Shown piece by piece: positions 8,526 through 18,569 of a stretch of 64,000 bases of DNA. The notes beneath the pieces were generated by a model. That model made no database searches and had not been told where the DNA came from. It was given only the letters and a program-made list of their open reading frames with translations. Position 1 is the stretch's first letter; each line of letters opens with the position of its first letter. A program made the translations under genes and the position numbers. Source of the stretch: Thermodesulfovibrionia bacterium (GTDB lineage: Bacteria; Nitrospirota; Thermodesulfovibrionia; UBA6902); NCBI GenBank assembly GCA_947259645.1, contig CAMYND010000002.1, positions 2,544 through 66,543 on the forward strand, in the 5' to 3' direction.

Positions 8526-9848
8526 ATGAGTATGCAGAAAGATAATAAGAAGGCGATAATCGGATGGGCTTTCTATGACTGGGCAAATTCAGCATTTGCG
8601 ACTACAGTGATGGCCGGCTTTTTCCCCCTTTTTTTTAAAAAATATTGGAGCGCCGGCGCTGACACAACCATAAGCACTGCTCGCCTTGGTCTTGCCAATT
8701 CAGCTGCCGGAATTGTTGTGGCTCTGCTGGCTCCTCTTCTGGGCGCGATTGCGGATAAAGGAACAGCCAAAAAGAAATTTCTCTTTTTCTTTGCTTTCAC
8801 AGGTGTGGTGATGACCTCATCATTATATATGGTCTCCCAGGGGGATTGGCAAATGGCGGTAATCCTTTACGTAGTTGCAACAGTGGGATTTTCCGGGAGC
8901 AATATTTTTTATGATTCTCTTATTACAGGGGTCTCCTCCGACAAAAAACTTGATTTTGTATCTGCACTGGGATTTTCCTTTGGATATCTGGGCGGCGGAC
9001 TGCTTTTCACGCTGAATGTATGGATGACTCTCAGCCCCGGCACATTTGGTTTTGAAAATGCGGGAGAGGCAGTGCGTTTTTCTTTCCTTACCGTTGGTAT
9101 CTGGTGGGCTGTTTTTTCCATCCCTGTGTTCCTCTTTGTCAAAGAACCAGAAAATGCAGGAGCAGTGCAGGGCGCGGGTGCGTTAAAGGCCGGGATTAAC
9201 CAGTTGAAGGTAACCTTTCGTGAAATACGGCATTTGAAGACAGTTTTTTTGTTTCTTGGAGCGTACTGGATGTATATTGATGGAGTGGATACGATTGTTC
9301 GCATGGCCGTTGATTACGGCATCTCTATCGGGTTTGAATCGGATGACCTTATAAAGGCATTACTTATTACCCAGTTTGTAGGGTTTCCGTCAGCGATTGT
9401 ATTCGGTTACCTGGGGCAGAGGATCGGGGCAAAGCAGGCGATCTTCATAGCAATAACTGTTTACCTTTTTGTTACTCTCTGGGGAGCATTCATGAAAGAA
9501 GCAAGGGAGTTTTATATTCTTGCTGTTGTGATCGGTCTGGTTCAGGGGGGTATTCAGGCATTAAGCCGATCTTTTTACGCACGGATAATTCCGAAGAATA
9601 AGTCGGCGGAGTATTTCGGTTTTTACAATATGCTTGGCAAATTCGCAGCGGTTTTTGGCCCTGCTATAATGGGAGGGGTTGGCCTGGTGGTTCGAAATAT
9701 GGGCTACAGCAGCGACACGGCCTCCCGTATAAGCATACTTTCACTGACAGTTTTATTTATTATAGGTGGTGCACTGCTTTTTTTTGTTGATGAAGAGAAA
9801 GGTATACAAGAGGCCAAATACCTTGAGAAGAACAATTCAGTCAGATAA
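8526..9848 (+). CDS. MFS transporter, UMF1/ATG22-like family
   Basis: WAFYDWANSAF, GAIADK, about 12 TM, QALSRSFYARIIP..EYFGFY. Confidence 0.88.
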   Translation: MSMQKDNKKAIIGWAFYDWANSAFATTVMAGFFPLFFKKYWSAGADTTISTARLGLANSAAGIVVALLAPLLGAIADKGTAKKKFLFFFAFTGVVMTSSLYMVSQGDWQMAVILYVVATVGFSGSNIFYDSLITGVSSDKKLDFVSALGFSFGYLGGGLLFTLNVWMTLSPGTFGFENAGEAVRFSFLTVGIWWAVFSIPVFLFVKEPENAGAVQGAGALKAGINQLKVTFREIRHLKTVFLFLGAYWMYIDGVDTIVRMAVDYGISIGFESDDLIKALLITQFVGFPSAIVFGYLGQRIGAKQAIFIAITVYLFVTLWGAFMKEAREFYILAVVIGLVQGGIQALSRSFYARIIPKNKSAEYFGFYNMLGKFAAVFGPAIMGGVGLVVRNMGYSSDTASRISILSLTVLFIIGGALLFFVDEEKGIQEAKYLEKNNSVR

Positions 9849-9886
9849 AGAAATAGATGGACTCTGTATTTCCTTAATGTAATGAA

Positions 9887-10270
9887 ATGAAAAAAACCAA
9901 AACACTGTTTTGTGCCATAACAGCTGCACTAATATTCTTATTGACAGCATGTTCCTCAGCTCCAGAAGAACGTGTTGTAAAGAATGTGGTGATAAACTAT
10001 TTTGAGTTAAAGGGGTACACTGTTGTGCATCTTGATATTGCTGAAATCCGTCCCATGCCAATGGGTGAAAAACAGTATATGGGCACTCCGGGATTTGATG
10101 TTGTTCTTCGTTCAATTACATTGGAAATAAAAGATGATGCTGATGAGAAATGGTCTTTGGAGAAAGGTAAACAGCACAGCTTCAGCAATGGTATTATCAG
10201 GATTAAGAAAAGGACCGGACCGGTAAAGGATTGGATCATCGTCAATATATCAGGAATTCCTGTTCTTTAA
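9887..10270 (+). CDS. Hypothetical lipoprotein
   Basis: Signal peptide with lipobox LTAC. Confidence 0.7.
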   Translation: MKKTKTLFCAITAALIFLLTACSSAPEERVVKNVVINYFELKGYTVVHLDIAEIRPMPMGEKQYMGTPGFDVVLRSITLEIKDDADEKWSLEKGKQHSFSNGIIRIKKRTGPVKDWIIVNISGIPVL

Positions 10271-10333
10271 GCGGCATGTGTCCTGAACATTAAATTCATA
10301 CTCAAGGCTTGTAAATACGTTTCATCGTTCATT

Positions 10334-10497
10334 AATGACAAATGTTAAAGCCCGAATTTCAAAAGACCAGCATATCGAGTAATCAGACTCATTGCATTAT
10401 CAAGGAGTAATCCTGCCCACCTGTTCCAAGTAACAGTTCTGATCTGAAATTAAGATTTTGACATTCATTTGGCATTTGAGCTTTGATATTTGACATT
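10334..10497. repeat. Imperfect inverted repeat built from 7-bp units
   Basis: Left arm aatgacaaatgttaaagcccgaatttcaaaa; the reverse complement of the right arm is aatgtca-aatatca-aagctca-aatgcca-aatg-aatgtca-aaa. Confidence 0.6.
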
Positions 10498-10509
10498 GCG
10501 CCAAACATC

Positions 10510-11004
10510 TCAGTAACCAACAGAGATAACCACAAAAGTCGATGTCCCGATCGGCCGCTTTACGGTGACTTCATCGCCTTCAGTTCTCTGCAGCAGCGCC
10601 TTGGCCATAGGTGAATCAATACTGATATAATTTTTTCCGGGGTTTATTTCATCGCGGCCGACAATCCGGTATCGGTAAATAGTACCGTCATTATCTTCTA
10701 TTTCAACCCAGGCACCGAAGAAAACTTTCGACGTGTCATCGGGCACCCTGTCAACGACGGTTAATTCATTCAACCTTCTCTGGAGAAAGCGCATGCGGGA
10801 GTCGATCTCCCTAAGCTGTTTTTTTCCGTAAATGTATTCGGCATTTTCGGAACGGTCGCCCATTGCAGCTGCTTCAGCAACAGCCTGGGTTACCTTTGGG
10901 CGTTTAACTTTCCAGAGATGAGATAGCTCTTCGCTGAGGCGTTTATGTCCCTCAGGGGTAATGTATGGAGATGCAGGCGGACTGTTTTTGTTGTGTCTTC
11001 TCAT
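10510..11004 (-). CDS. greB: Transcription elongation factor GreB
   Basis: YITPEG, AAAMGDRSENAEYIYGKKQLREIDSR, ISIDSPMAKAL. Confidence 0.93.
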   Translation of the reverse strand: MRRHNKNSPPASPYITPEGHKRLSEELSHLWKVKRPKVTQAVAEAAAMGDRSENAEYIYGKKQLREIDSRMRFLQRRLNELTVVDRVPDDTSKVFFGAWVEIEDNDGTIYRYRIVGRDEINPGKNYISIDSPMAKALLQRTEGDEVTVKRPIGTSTFVVISVGY

Positions 11005-11074
11005 ATCGGTCTATTTAACAGGAAATATATTATTTAAAGGGAAAAGGATTTGATAAGTTCCTGCTGTTCATGTC

Positions 11075-11431
11075 TTACCCTCCGGAACGCCTGGGGTTGC
11101 AGCCCATTTTTCTTAGCTCATTTATAATCGGGGCAGAGCGGTCCCCCTGGATTATGAGCGAATTACCCTTTATAGTACCTCCGGTTCCGAGCATCTCTTT
11201 GAATTTCTTCAACAGGGACTCTAAGTTTTCGGGATTCATGGGGAGACCTTCAACTACTGTTACGCATTTGCCTCCCCTTCCTTTTCGTTCTTTTCGAACG
11301 ATGACTCTCTCCTGAGCAGCTGCCGGGCTGTCCTTTTTTCTTTTAGCAGAGACTTTTCCTCTTTGCTGGACAGGCTGATCTGTGGAATAGACTAATCTTG
11401 AATTATCATTTGCCACAGGTGATTTTATCAT
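11075..11431 (-). CDS. yciH: SUI1/YciH translation initiation factor
   Basis: LVYSTD, ERKGRGGKCVTVVEG, GTGGT, IQGD. Confidence 0.88.
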   Translation of the reverse strand: MIKSPVANDNSRLVYSTDQPVQQRGKVSAKRKKDSPAAAQERVIVRKERKGRGGKCVTVVEGLPMNPENLESLLKKFKEMLGTGGTIKGNSLIIQGDRSAPIINELRKMGCNPRRSGG

Positions 11432-11532
11432 GGGACAGCCCTGAAAGAACAGAAGGCGGTTTATTCCTGTTGATTATTCAAAGGTATAATCATTGACAGA
11501 ATTGTTAAAGGATTAAGAGTAATGCATAAGCG

Positions 11533-12294
11533 TTATGACTGTACTTTTCCCACTGGGGCCATATATATGGTGAATTCATCATCACCGTCGACCCTGAGAA
11601 GTTTGTCTATCAGGTCCTGATTGTATGCTGCCACCGCGCAGGTACCCGCACTGATGGCTTCGCAGGCGAGATAGAGGTTCTGACAGACATGCCCTGCATC
11701 AAGTGCAATAACTTTATGTGCCGCAATGTCATATCGCCATTCCATGCGAACGGGGAGAGCTGTCCAGATAAATGTCACAGGAGCTTTTTGAAAGAAAGGC
11801 TGATCAAGTGCGGCCTCTACAATAGACTCTTCAAGGTTATTTTCATGATGTTCAAAGAGCAGCTGGTGTTCAAGCGGCAGGTAACGGTAAATACCCTGTT
11901 CAAGCTCATCTACATTCAGAACGCAGAGGTAGGTTTCAAAGGAGTGGCGGCAGCCTGCAGACGGGACAGTCCGATAGGCTGTCCCATGATCAACGGTTTT
12001 TCGTATGCCCTGTGTGGCCCAGAGAAGAAAAGAGAGTTCCTCCAGCGACAGGGAATCGGGCTGAAAGACTCTGTGGCTTCGCCTGTTCCTGATCGCGGTT
12101 ATAAGGTCTACGGGTTTGATGTTTGACCAGCTGTCCTGCGATGGGAGCTCGACTCTTTTGCTTTCTTTGGAGAACGGTTTTTCAATCGGAGGAGGGGCTA
12201 TTCCTCTTGACTGGGCTGTCTGATAGAAATCAATAGTAAGGCGTACACTGTCTTTTAAAAAGTACCGGTATTGCTCGAAGGCTTTCTTATTCAT
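11533..12294 (-). CDS. SagB/ThcOx-family nitroreductase-like flavoprotein
   Basis: RRSHR, LSFLLWATQG, RTVPSAG, LDAGHVCQNLYLACEA. Confidence 0.85.
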   Translation of the reverse strand: MNKKAFEQYRYFLKDSVRLTIDFYQTAQSRGIAPPPIEKPFSKESKRVELPSQDSWSNIKPVDLITAIRNRRSHRVFQPDSLSLEELSFLLWATQGIRKTVDHGTAYRTVPSAGCRHSFETYLCVLNVDELEQGIYRYLPLEHQLLFEHHENNLEESIVEAALDQPFFQKAPVTFIWTALPVRMEWRYDIAAHKVIALDAGHVCQNLYLACEAISAGTCAVAAYNQDLIDKLLRVDGDDEFTIYMAPVGKVQS

Positions 12295-12551
12295 GGAGGC
12301 GCTCCTTTATTATTGTAATCTCTCTGTAGTTCAAGGCATATGTATATTGTACTATCAAACGTATGAAACTAATTCTCATCATGATAGTTTGAAACTAAAT
12401 CATGTATATGATGGCAGTTTATGACTGTAGATGGAGAAATGCGAAACGGCTATTCATTCCCAGAAACGGTGGCAAGGGAATACAGTATGGTCAGTGTGGC
12501 GAATTATATTAATGGAAGTTCTGGAATATCAGATAACGAGGGGGCAAAAAA

Positions 12552-12629
12552 TCATGCGAAGGCAGATCCTATAGCCAGAAGGATCGCGATAATAACTGAC
12601 AGGCTTAATGCAAAGAGTAACCGTTTCAT
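12552..12629 (-). CDS. 25-aa hydrophobic micropeptide (not in ORF track)
   Basis: MKRLLFALSLSVIIAILLAIGSAFA*; RBS AAAGGAAG; upstream TTGATA-17-TATAAT. Confidence 0.55.
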   Translation of the reverse strand: MKRLLFALSLSVIIAILLAIGSAFA

Positions 12630-12667
12630 AATAAATGTCTTCCTTTATCTGAGTTGTAGCGCATAAA

Positions 12668-12696
12668 ATTATATATTAAATTCAATTTCTTATCAA
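12668..12696 (-). promoter_or_regulatory. sigma70 promoter for the micropeptide
   Basis: Minus-strand TTGATA (12696-12691), 17 bp spacer, TATAAT (12673-12668). Confidence 0.6.
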
Positions 12697-12736
12697 ATAC
12701 CCTATCTGAATTATAGCCCTCTCTTCAACGTAATTA

Positions 12737-12752
12737 TGTGATTTGCAGCACA
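12737..12752. promoter_or_regulatory. CRP-like binding site
   Basis: TGTGA-TTTGCA-GCACA, one mismatch to TGTGA-N6-TCACA, with AT-rich flanks, between divergent promoters. Confidence 0.5.
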
Positions 12753-12826
12753 AAATCAAAGTCTTAGCTGATTATATCTATCGTCAGAAACACCAAATAA
12801 CTTGAGACTGGTATAATGGATGCATA

Positions 12827-14197
12827 ATGGCTTTTGGGATTAAAAAGAAAAAGATTCAGGATATTCTTCCTCACCGCACGTTGACCGACCCGGAGGAACT
12901 ATTTTGCTACGGGTTTGACGCCTCATCCTCTGAAGGCAGACCATTGGCTGTGGTGAAACCGGTGAATGCGTCGGAAGTAGGCCAATTAGCCGCATTTGCA
13001 CATGAACATGCAATATCGATAGTACCGAGAGGGGCAGGGACCGGAATGACGGGCGGTGCCGTGCCCATGAAGGATGTGGTCGTCCTCTCGATGGAGGCGA
13101 TGAACAGGATCCTGGAGATTGATCAACATGATATGGTAGCTGTTGTTGAGCCGGGGGTAATGAACGGGTATTTGCAGGAAAAGCTTGAAGAAAAGGGACT
13201 TTTTTATCCTCCAGATCCGGCGAGCATGAAATTTTGCACATTGGGAGGTAATGTTGCGGAAAATGCAGGAGGTCCCCGGGCGATCAAGTATGGTGTTACC
13301 AGGGATTATGTTCTCGGCCTCGAGTCTGTTCTTTCTGATGGCAGGATACTTACCACAGGCGGTAAAACCTATAAGGGAGTTGTCGGCTATGACCTTACAC
13401 GATTGATGGTGGGTTCAGAAGGTACTCTCGGAATCATAACGAAAATTATTCTGAAAGTCCTGCCATTGCCGGAAGAAGTCGCAACCCTGTTATGTACATT
13501 TACCAGTATGGACGATGCGGCACGCACCGTGAGTAAAATCACCTCGGCTTCAATCATTCCAAGAACTCTTGAGATGATGGACAGGGAATCTATTCACGCT
13601 GTTGAGAAATACAAGGCATTTGGGCTTCCCATGGACGCTGAGGCACTGTTGTTAATAGAGGTAGACGGTCCTGTCGAAACTGTATCAAAGGAGAGTGAAC
13701 GGATCGCTTCGCTCTGTACCTCTTGTAATGGGAGCGTTCGTATTGCCGAGGACAGGTATTCGAAGGAGCGTCTCTGGGAGGCAAGGCGGGCCATCTCTCC
13801 AGCGCTCTACAAAATAAGTCCTACAAAAATTAACGAGGACATCGTGGTGCCCCGGGGGAGTGTACCGGAAATGTTCGGAAAATTAAGGGAAATCTCTGAG
13901 AAATATGATTTGCCTATCCCCAGCTTTGGCCATGTCGGCGATGGGAACATTCATGTTAATGTGATGACAGATAAAAATAACCCTGACGAGTATCAGAGGG
14001 CACTGGATTCAATAAAAGAGATATTTGAGGCTACCATCAGGCTTGGGGGAACGATTTCAGGTGAACATGGCGTTGGTATTACAAAAAAACAATATATCGG
14101 GATGGATCTGGACGATACAAATATTGAAATCATGAAAGCTGTTAAAAACGTTTTTGATCCGAAGGGGATACTGAACCCGGGAAAAATCTTCCCGTAA
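12827..14197 (+). CDS. glcD: FAD-linked oxidase, GlcD/D-lactate dehydrogenase family
   Basis: PRGAGTGMTGG, PPDPAS, GGNVAENAGG, GSEGTLG, GHVGDGNIH, SGEHGVG, LNPGK. Confidence 0.85.
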   Translation: MAFGIKKKKIQDILPHRTLTDPEELFCYGFDASSSEGRPLAVVKPVNASEVGQLAAFAHEHAISIVPRGAGTGMTGGAVPMKDVVVLSMEAMNRILEIDQHDMVAVVEPGVMNGYLQEKLEEKGLFYPPDPASMKFCTLGGNVAENAGGPRAIKYGVTRDYVLGLESVLSDGRILTTGGKTYKGVVGYDLTRLMVGSEGTLGIITKIILKVLPLPEEVATLLCTFTSMDDAARTVSKITSASIIPRTLEMMDRESIHAVEKYKAFGLPMDAEALLLIEVDGPVETVSKESERIASLCTSCNGSVRIAEDRYSKERLWEARRAISPALYKISPTKINEDIVVPRGSVPEMFGKLREISEKYDLPIPSFGHVGDGNIHVNVMTDKNNPDEYQRALDSIKEIFEATIRLGGTISGEHGVGITKKQYIGMDLDDTNIEIMKAVKNVFDPKGILNPGKIFP

Positions 14198-14308
14198 ATC
14201 TGAAGCCCGCGTGTTTTAGACTTTAAATTTTACCGTCTCTTAAGCTACAATATGCAACTGTATTGAAATCTCGGAATGAATAAATAATAGACAGGAGTGT
14301 GACTGACG

Positions 14309-14767
14309 ATGAAAGTAATATTGAAAGAAGATGTAGATAATCTTGGTGTAATGGGGGCTATAGTTGATGTTGCAATGGGCTATGGGAGGAATTATTTAAT
14401 TCCAAGGAATTTCGCGGTTGAAGCAAGCTCGAAAAACATTAAAGAGTATGAACATCAGAAAAACGCGATCCTTGTAAAAGCAAGTAAAATCAGGGCAACA
14501 GCAGAAGATTTTGCTGAAAAACTCTCTGCCCTGACTCTCTCCATCGAAGCCAAGGCCGGAGAGGAAGACAAGCTGTTCGGCTCTGTTACCTCAAAGGACA
14601 TTGCAGAAGCCATAGCTGAGAAGGGCATGGAAGTTGACAAGAAGAAAATTCAGCTTGATGAGCCGATAAAGAGACTGGGAGAGTATGACGTAGCCATCAA
14701 GATTCAGCAGGATGTATCCGCAACGGTTAAGCTTGAGGTGAAGAAAAAAGAATCTGAAGAAGCATAG
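14309..14767 (+). CDS. rplI: 50S ribosomal protein L9
   Basis: MKVILKEDVDNLG..GYGRNYLIP..KLFGSVT. Confidence 0.97.
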   Translation: MKVILKEDVDNLGVMGAIVDVAMGYGRNYLIPRNFAVEASSKNIKEYEHQKNAILVKASKIRATAEDFAEKLSALTLSIEAKAGEEDKLFGSVTSKDIAEAIAEKGMEVDKKKIQLDEPIKRLGEYDVAIKIQQDVSATVKLEVKKKESEEA

Positions 14768-14778
14768 GGGTTTGTTCG

Positions 14779-16176
14779 ATGCTTGAGAACGTTAATCGTC
14801 AGAAGGGTTCAGCCGGCGGATCAACACGCCCTTCAGCTGAGCTTGATCGCCTTCCTCCCCAGAATATTCAGGCAGAGCAGTCAGTGCTTGGCGCCATCCT
14901 GCTTGAGAATGAATCCCTCTCCGCGGTTGTCGAACAGCTCAGTCCTGATGATTTTTACAAGACCGCTCATAAGAAAATTTTTATGGGAATGCTCGATCTT
15001 TACGAAAAGAATGAGCCGATCGATCTGATAACCCTTACCGAGCAGTTAACAAAAAAAGAAGAGCTTGAATCTATTGGCGGCGCCTCCTACTTAAGCACGA
15101 TTGTAAGCCTTGTTCCCACATCTGCCAATGCAGGCTACCATGCAAAAATTGTACGGGAAAAGGGCATACTGAGACACCTTATTTCTACTGCTACAGGTAT
15201 TGTATCGTCGAGTTATGACTCTGACATGGATGTGCATGAGCTGCTGGATATGGCTGAGACCAAAATGTTCAGTATTTCAGAGCAGGCGGTAAAACGGTCT
15301 TATGTCCATATCAAGGATGTTGTCAGGGACACCATTGAACTGGTAGACAAGCTGTTTGACAAGAAACAGCACATTACAGGGCTGCCCACAGGCTTCAGGG
15401 ACCTTGATGAGGCAACGACAGGGTTTCATCCCGGTGACCTGATAGTTATCGGGGCGAGGCCGGGAATGGGTAAAACAGCTTTTTGTCTCAATATTATCAC
15501 CCATGCCGCAGTTGTGGAGAATGTGCCGATTGCGATCTTCAGTCTTGAAATGACCAAGGAGCAGATTGTGCTGAGGATGCTCTGTTCCGAGGCTGAAGTG
15601 GACTCAAAAGCAGTACGTTCAGGATTTCACAGCAAAGATGATTACCGGAAACTGGTCAATGCCGCAGGACGGCTCTCTGAAGCGCCAATATACATTGATG
15701 ACTCCTTTAACTCAATTCTTGATATACGTGCCAAGGCGCGACGACTTAAAGCTGAACATGGACTGGGCCTCATCATAATTGACTATCTGCAGCTCATGAG
15801 CGGAACCAGTAATATTACATCGAGAGAACAGGTTATCTCTGATATTTCCCGATCTTTAAAAGCTCTTGCCAAAGATCTGTCTTTGCCCGTTATTGTAATC
15901 AGCCAGCTCAACAGAAGCTGCGAGCAGCGGGGTGAGAAGAAAAACCCGATAATTGCGGACTTGAGAGAGTCAGGTGCGATAGAGCAGGACGCGGATGTAA
16001 TTCTCTTTCTCTACCGTGATGAATATTACAAGAAGAATGATTCCCAGAAAAAAGGACTGGCTGAACTGGATATCGCGAAGCAGAGAAACGGTCCGACAAA
16101 GGTTATTGAGCTTGCATTTATAGACAAGTATACTAAATTTAAAGATCTTGCTGATCACGATTACAGTGAATATTAA
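14779..16176 (+). CDS. dnaB: Replicative DNA helicase
   Basis: PPQNIQAEQSVLG, GARPGMGKT, IDYLQL, SQLNR, LRESGAIEQDAD, KQRNGP; no intein seen. Confidence 0.97.
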   Translation: MLENVNRQKGSAGGSTRPSAELDRLPPQNIQAEQSVLGAILLENESLSAVVEQLSPDDFYKTAHKKIFMGMLDLYEKNEPIDLITLTEQLTKKEELESIGGASYLSTIVSLVPTSANAGYHAKIVREKGILRHLISTATGIVSSSYDSDMDVHELLDMAETKMFSISEQAVKRSYVHIKDVVRDTIELVDKLFDKKQHITGLPTGFRDLDEATTGFHPGDLIVIGARPGMGKTAFCLNIITHAAVVENVPIAIFSLEMTKEQIVLRMLCSEAEVDSKAVRSGFHSKDDYRKLVNAAGRLSEAPIYIDDSFNSILDIRAKARRLKAEHGLGLIIIDYLQLMSGTSNITSREQVISDISRSLKALAKDLSLPVIVISQLNRSCEQRGEKKNPIIADLRESGAIEQDADVILFLYRDEYYKKNDSQKKGLAELDIAKQRNGPTKVIELAFIDKYTKFKDLADHDYSEY

Positions 16177-16192
16177 TTAGCAGGTTAGTGCT

Positions 16193-16996
16193 ATGAAGAG
16201 ACACGCAGTGGTTGCCGGACAGTTTTATCCCTCCTCAGCTTCTGAACTTGACGCTCAGATCAGCAGCTATCTCACGAAAGATGCTCCGAAAGAAAAGGCG
16301 ATCGGTATTATGTCACCCCATGCCGGAATCATCTATTCCGGACAGGTCGCGGGTACTGTTTTTTCAAGGATTGATTTTCCCCGGACCTTTATTCTTCTTG
16401 GACCGAACCACACAGGGTATGGACAACCGGTTTCTCTGATGTCATCGGGGAAATGGGAAATGCCCGCAGGATCTGTCAGTATTGATGAAAATCTGGCCCG
16501 CAAATTAGCGGAACAATGTGAGGAGATCAGCCATGACAATGATGCCCATGCGCGGGAGCATTCCCTTGAAGTTCAGCTTCCTTTTATCATGCATTACCGG
16601 CAGGATGTTCAGATTGTCCCTCTCTCGATAATGGCAGACTCCCTTGAGGTCTGCAGAGTTGTTGGAAATGCCATTGCCGATGTTATTAAGGAGACTGAAT
16701 ATTCTGTTACCATTATTGCCAGCTCTGACATGAGCCATTATGAGAAAGATTCAACTGCCCGCGAAAAAGACCGATTGGCCATCGAGAGAATCACGAACCT
16801 TGATCCTGAAGGGCTTTACTCTACTGTTCGGGACAATGGCATTTCCATGTGCGGTGTTTTGCCTGTTACGACCATGCTCTTTGCCGCGAATAAAATCGGT
16901 GCTCGTGAATCCAGTCTCGTAAAATATATGACTTCAGGCGATATAACCGGCGACTATGATTCAGTAGTGGGATATGCCGGTATAATCATAACGTAA
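16193..16996 (+). CDS. amrB: AmmeMemoRadiSam system protein B (MEMO1 family)
   Basis: AVVAGQFYP, PHAGIIYSG, GPNH, EHSLEVQLPF, SSDMSHY, SMCG, VVGYA. Confidence 0.9.
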   Translation: MKRHAVVAGQFYPSSASELDAQISSYLTKDAPKEKAIGIMSPHAGIIYSGQVAGTVFSRIDFPRTFILLGPNHTGYGQPVSLMSSGKWEMPAGSVSIDENLARKLAEQCEEISHDNDAHAREHSLEVQLPFIMHYRQDVQIVPLSIMADSLEVCRVVGNAIADVIKETEYSVTIIASSDMSHYEKDSTAREKDRLAIERITNLDPEGLYSTVRDNGISMCGVLPVTTMLFAANKIGARESSLVKYMTSGDITGDYDSVVGYAGIIIT

Positions 16997-17204
16997 GAAA
17001 GCGAATACAGGTCTTAATACCCCGATGCCCCTGGCTATCTGTGAACTGATGCTCTCAGTGAGCACTATGGGCAAAAAGTCTTAATTTATTGTAGAAATTA
17101 TTGCATTTATAGGTAAATTTCAGTAAAATTGATCCGTTGTCATAATTTGCCAATTTGGAAACAATAGTTTTATTGTAAATATGATATATGCAAATGGAGG
17201 ATAC

Positions 17205-18569
17205 ATGCAGAAAAAAACGTTTACCCTTCTTTTTATAGTTGTGATTTCTCTTTTCACTATTTTTGTGTTTTCAACAGAAACATTCTCAGCAGAACAGGAA
17301 AATCCCATTAAGATGGAGTCATGTATTACTGCACAGTGCCATGCTACATTAGATAAAGAAAAATATGTTCATGGCCCGATTGCCCAGGGTGAGTGCACAT
17401 TCTGCCATGGTGAAGCGCCCAGACACAAGGAGAATCCAGGGAAGTATAAATTCAAGGGGATACCTGACGTGTCAGTCTTGTGCTATGAGTGCCACGATCA
17501 ATTTGCCCCGAAGGCTATGACACATATGCCGGTTGAAGACGGTGAATGTACCGCATGCCACAACCCTCACAGCTCGCCCAATAAATTTCAGCTTGTGTCC
17601 AAGGGGGGCGATCTCTGTTTCATTTGTCATGACGATGAGCTGATAGCCGGAAACTTTGTTCACGGGCCGGCTGCAGTCGGTGGGTGCATAGCCTGCCACG
17701 AACCGCATACAGCGGACTACAGCAAGAATTTGAGGGCCAAATCGCCTGAACTCTGTTACATGTGCCATACTGACAAGGCTGAAGCCATCAGCACTTCTGA
17801 GTTTGTTCATGAACCCGTTGCAGATGACTGTGTAAACTGTCATGACCCCCATTCAGCGGCAAAGGAGTTCATGCTGCCCTCTGAGTCTCCCACACTGTGC
17901 CTTGACTGCCATGAAGACAAGAGGGAGCAGTTGGAAAATGCCTCTGTGAAGCATAAAGCAGTTGAAACTGACAAGACCTGCCTGAACTGTCATGACGCGC
18001 ACAGTTCCAATATTGCCAAAAACCTCCTGCAGGAGCCAATGGACCTTTGCCTTGCCTGTCATGATAGGGAATATACGAAGGAGAAGGGCGAATCCATTAT
18101 GGACATAAAGAAGTGGTTGGCGGAAAACACAGACCATCATGGCCCCATAAAGCAGAAAGACTGTTCCGGATGTCATGATCCCCATGGTTCTGCGAATTTC
18201 AGATTACTGAGAAACCCCTATCCTGAGACATTTTACAAACCCTTTGCGCAGGACCATTACAACCTCTGTTTCAGCTGTCATGAAAAGACGCTTGTCTTAA
18301 ATCCTGAAACCACCAGGTTGACCAATTTTAGAAACGGCAAGGACAATCTCCATTTCACACATGTTAACAAGCCTATTAAGGGAAGAACATGCCGTGCGTG
18401 TCATGAAACACATGCCAGTAACCATCCGAAACATATCCGGGAAGCTGTGCCTTTCGGTTCCTGGGAGCTTCCTGTCAACTTTCAGAAGACAGAAACCGGT
18501 GGCAGCTGCACGCCCGGGTGCCACAAGATCAAAAAATATGACAGGGTAAAGAGGGAGTTAAATAAATGA
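17205..18569 (+). CDS. Periplasmic multiheme cytochrome c (13 CxxCH + CX4CH + CX3CH)
   Basis: Signal peptide; motifs counted in translation; repeated VHGP..CxxCH.PH units; GGAGG RBS before ATG 17205. Confidence 0.92.
   Translation: MQKKTFTLLFIVVISLFTIFVFSTETFSAEQENPIKMESCITAQCHATLDKEKYVHGPIAQGECTFCHGEAPRHKENPGKYKFKGIPDVSVLCYECHDQFAPKAMTHMPVEDGECTACHNPHSSPNKFQLVSKGGDLCFICHDDELIAGNFVHGPAAVGGCIACHEPHTADYSKNLRAKSPELCYMCHTDKAEAISTSEFVHEPVADDCVNCHDPHSAAKEFMLPSESPTLCLDCHEDKREQLENASVKHKAVETDKTCLNCHDAHSSNIAKNLLQEPMDLCLACHDREYTKEKGESIMDIKKWLAENTDHHGPIKQKDCSGCHDPHGSANFRLLRNPYPETFYKPFAQDHYNLCFSCHEKTLVLNPETTRLTNFRNGKDNLHFTHVNKPIKGRTCRACHETHASNHPKHIREAVPFGSWELPVNFQKTETGGSCTPGCHKIKKYDRVKRELNK

Noticed and set aside
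12504-12554. Selenocysteine readthrough of the micropeptide TGA
   Set aside because: Readthrough adds only 15 residues before TAA, with no redox motif and no convincing SECIS hairpin.
12421-12666. 81-aa plus-strand ORF
   Set aside because: No recognisable motifs or RBS. It overlaps antisense to the better-supported 25-aa ORF, which has a promoter and RBS.
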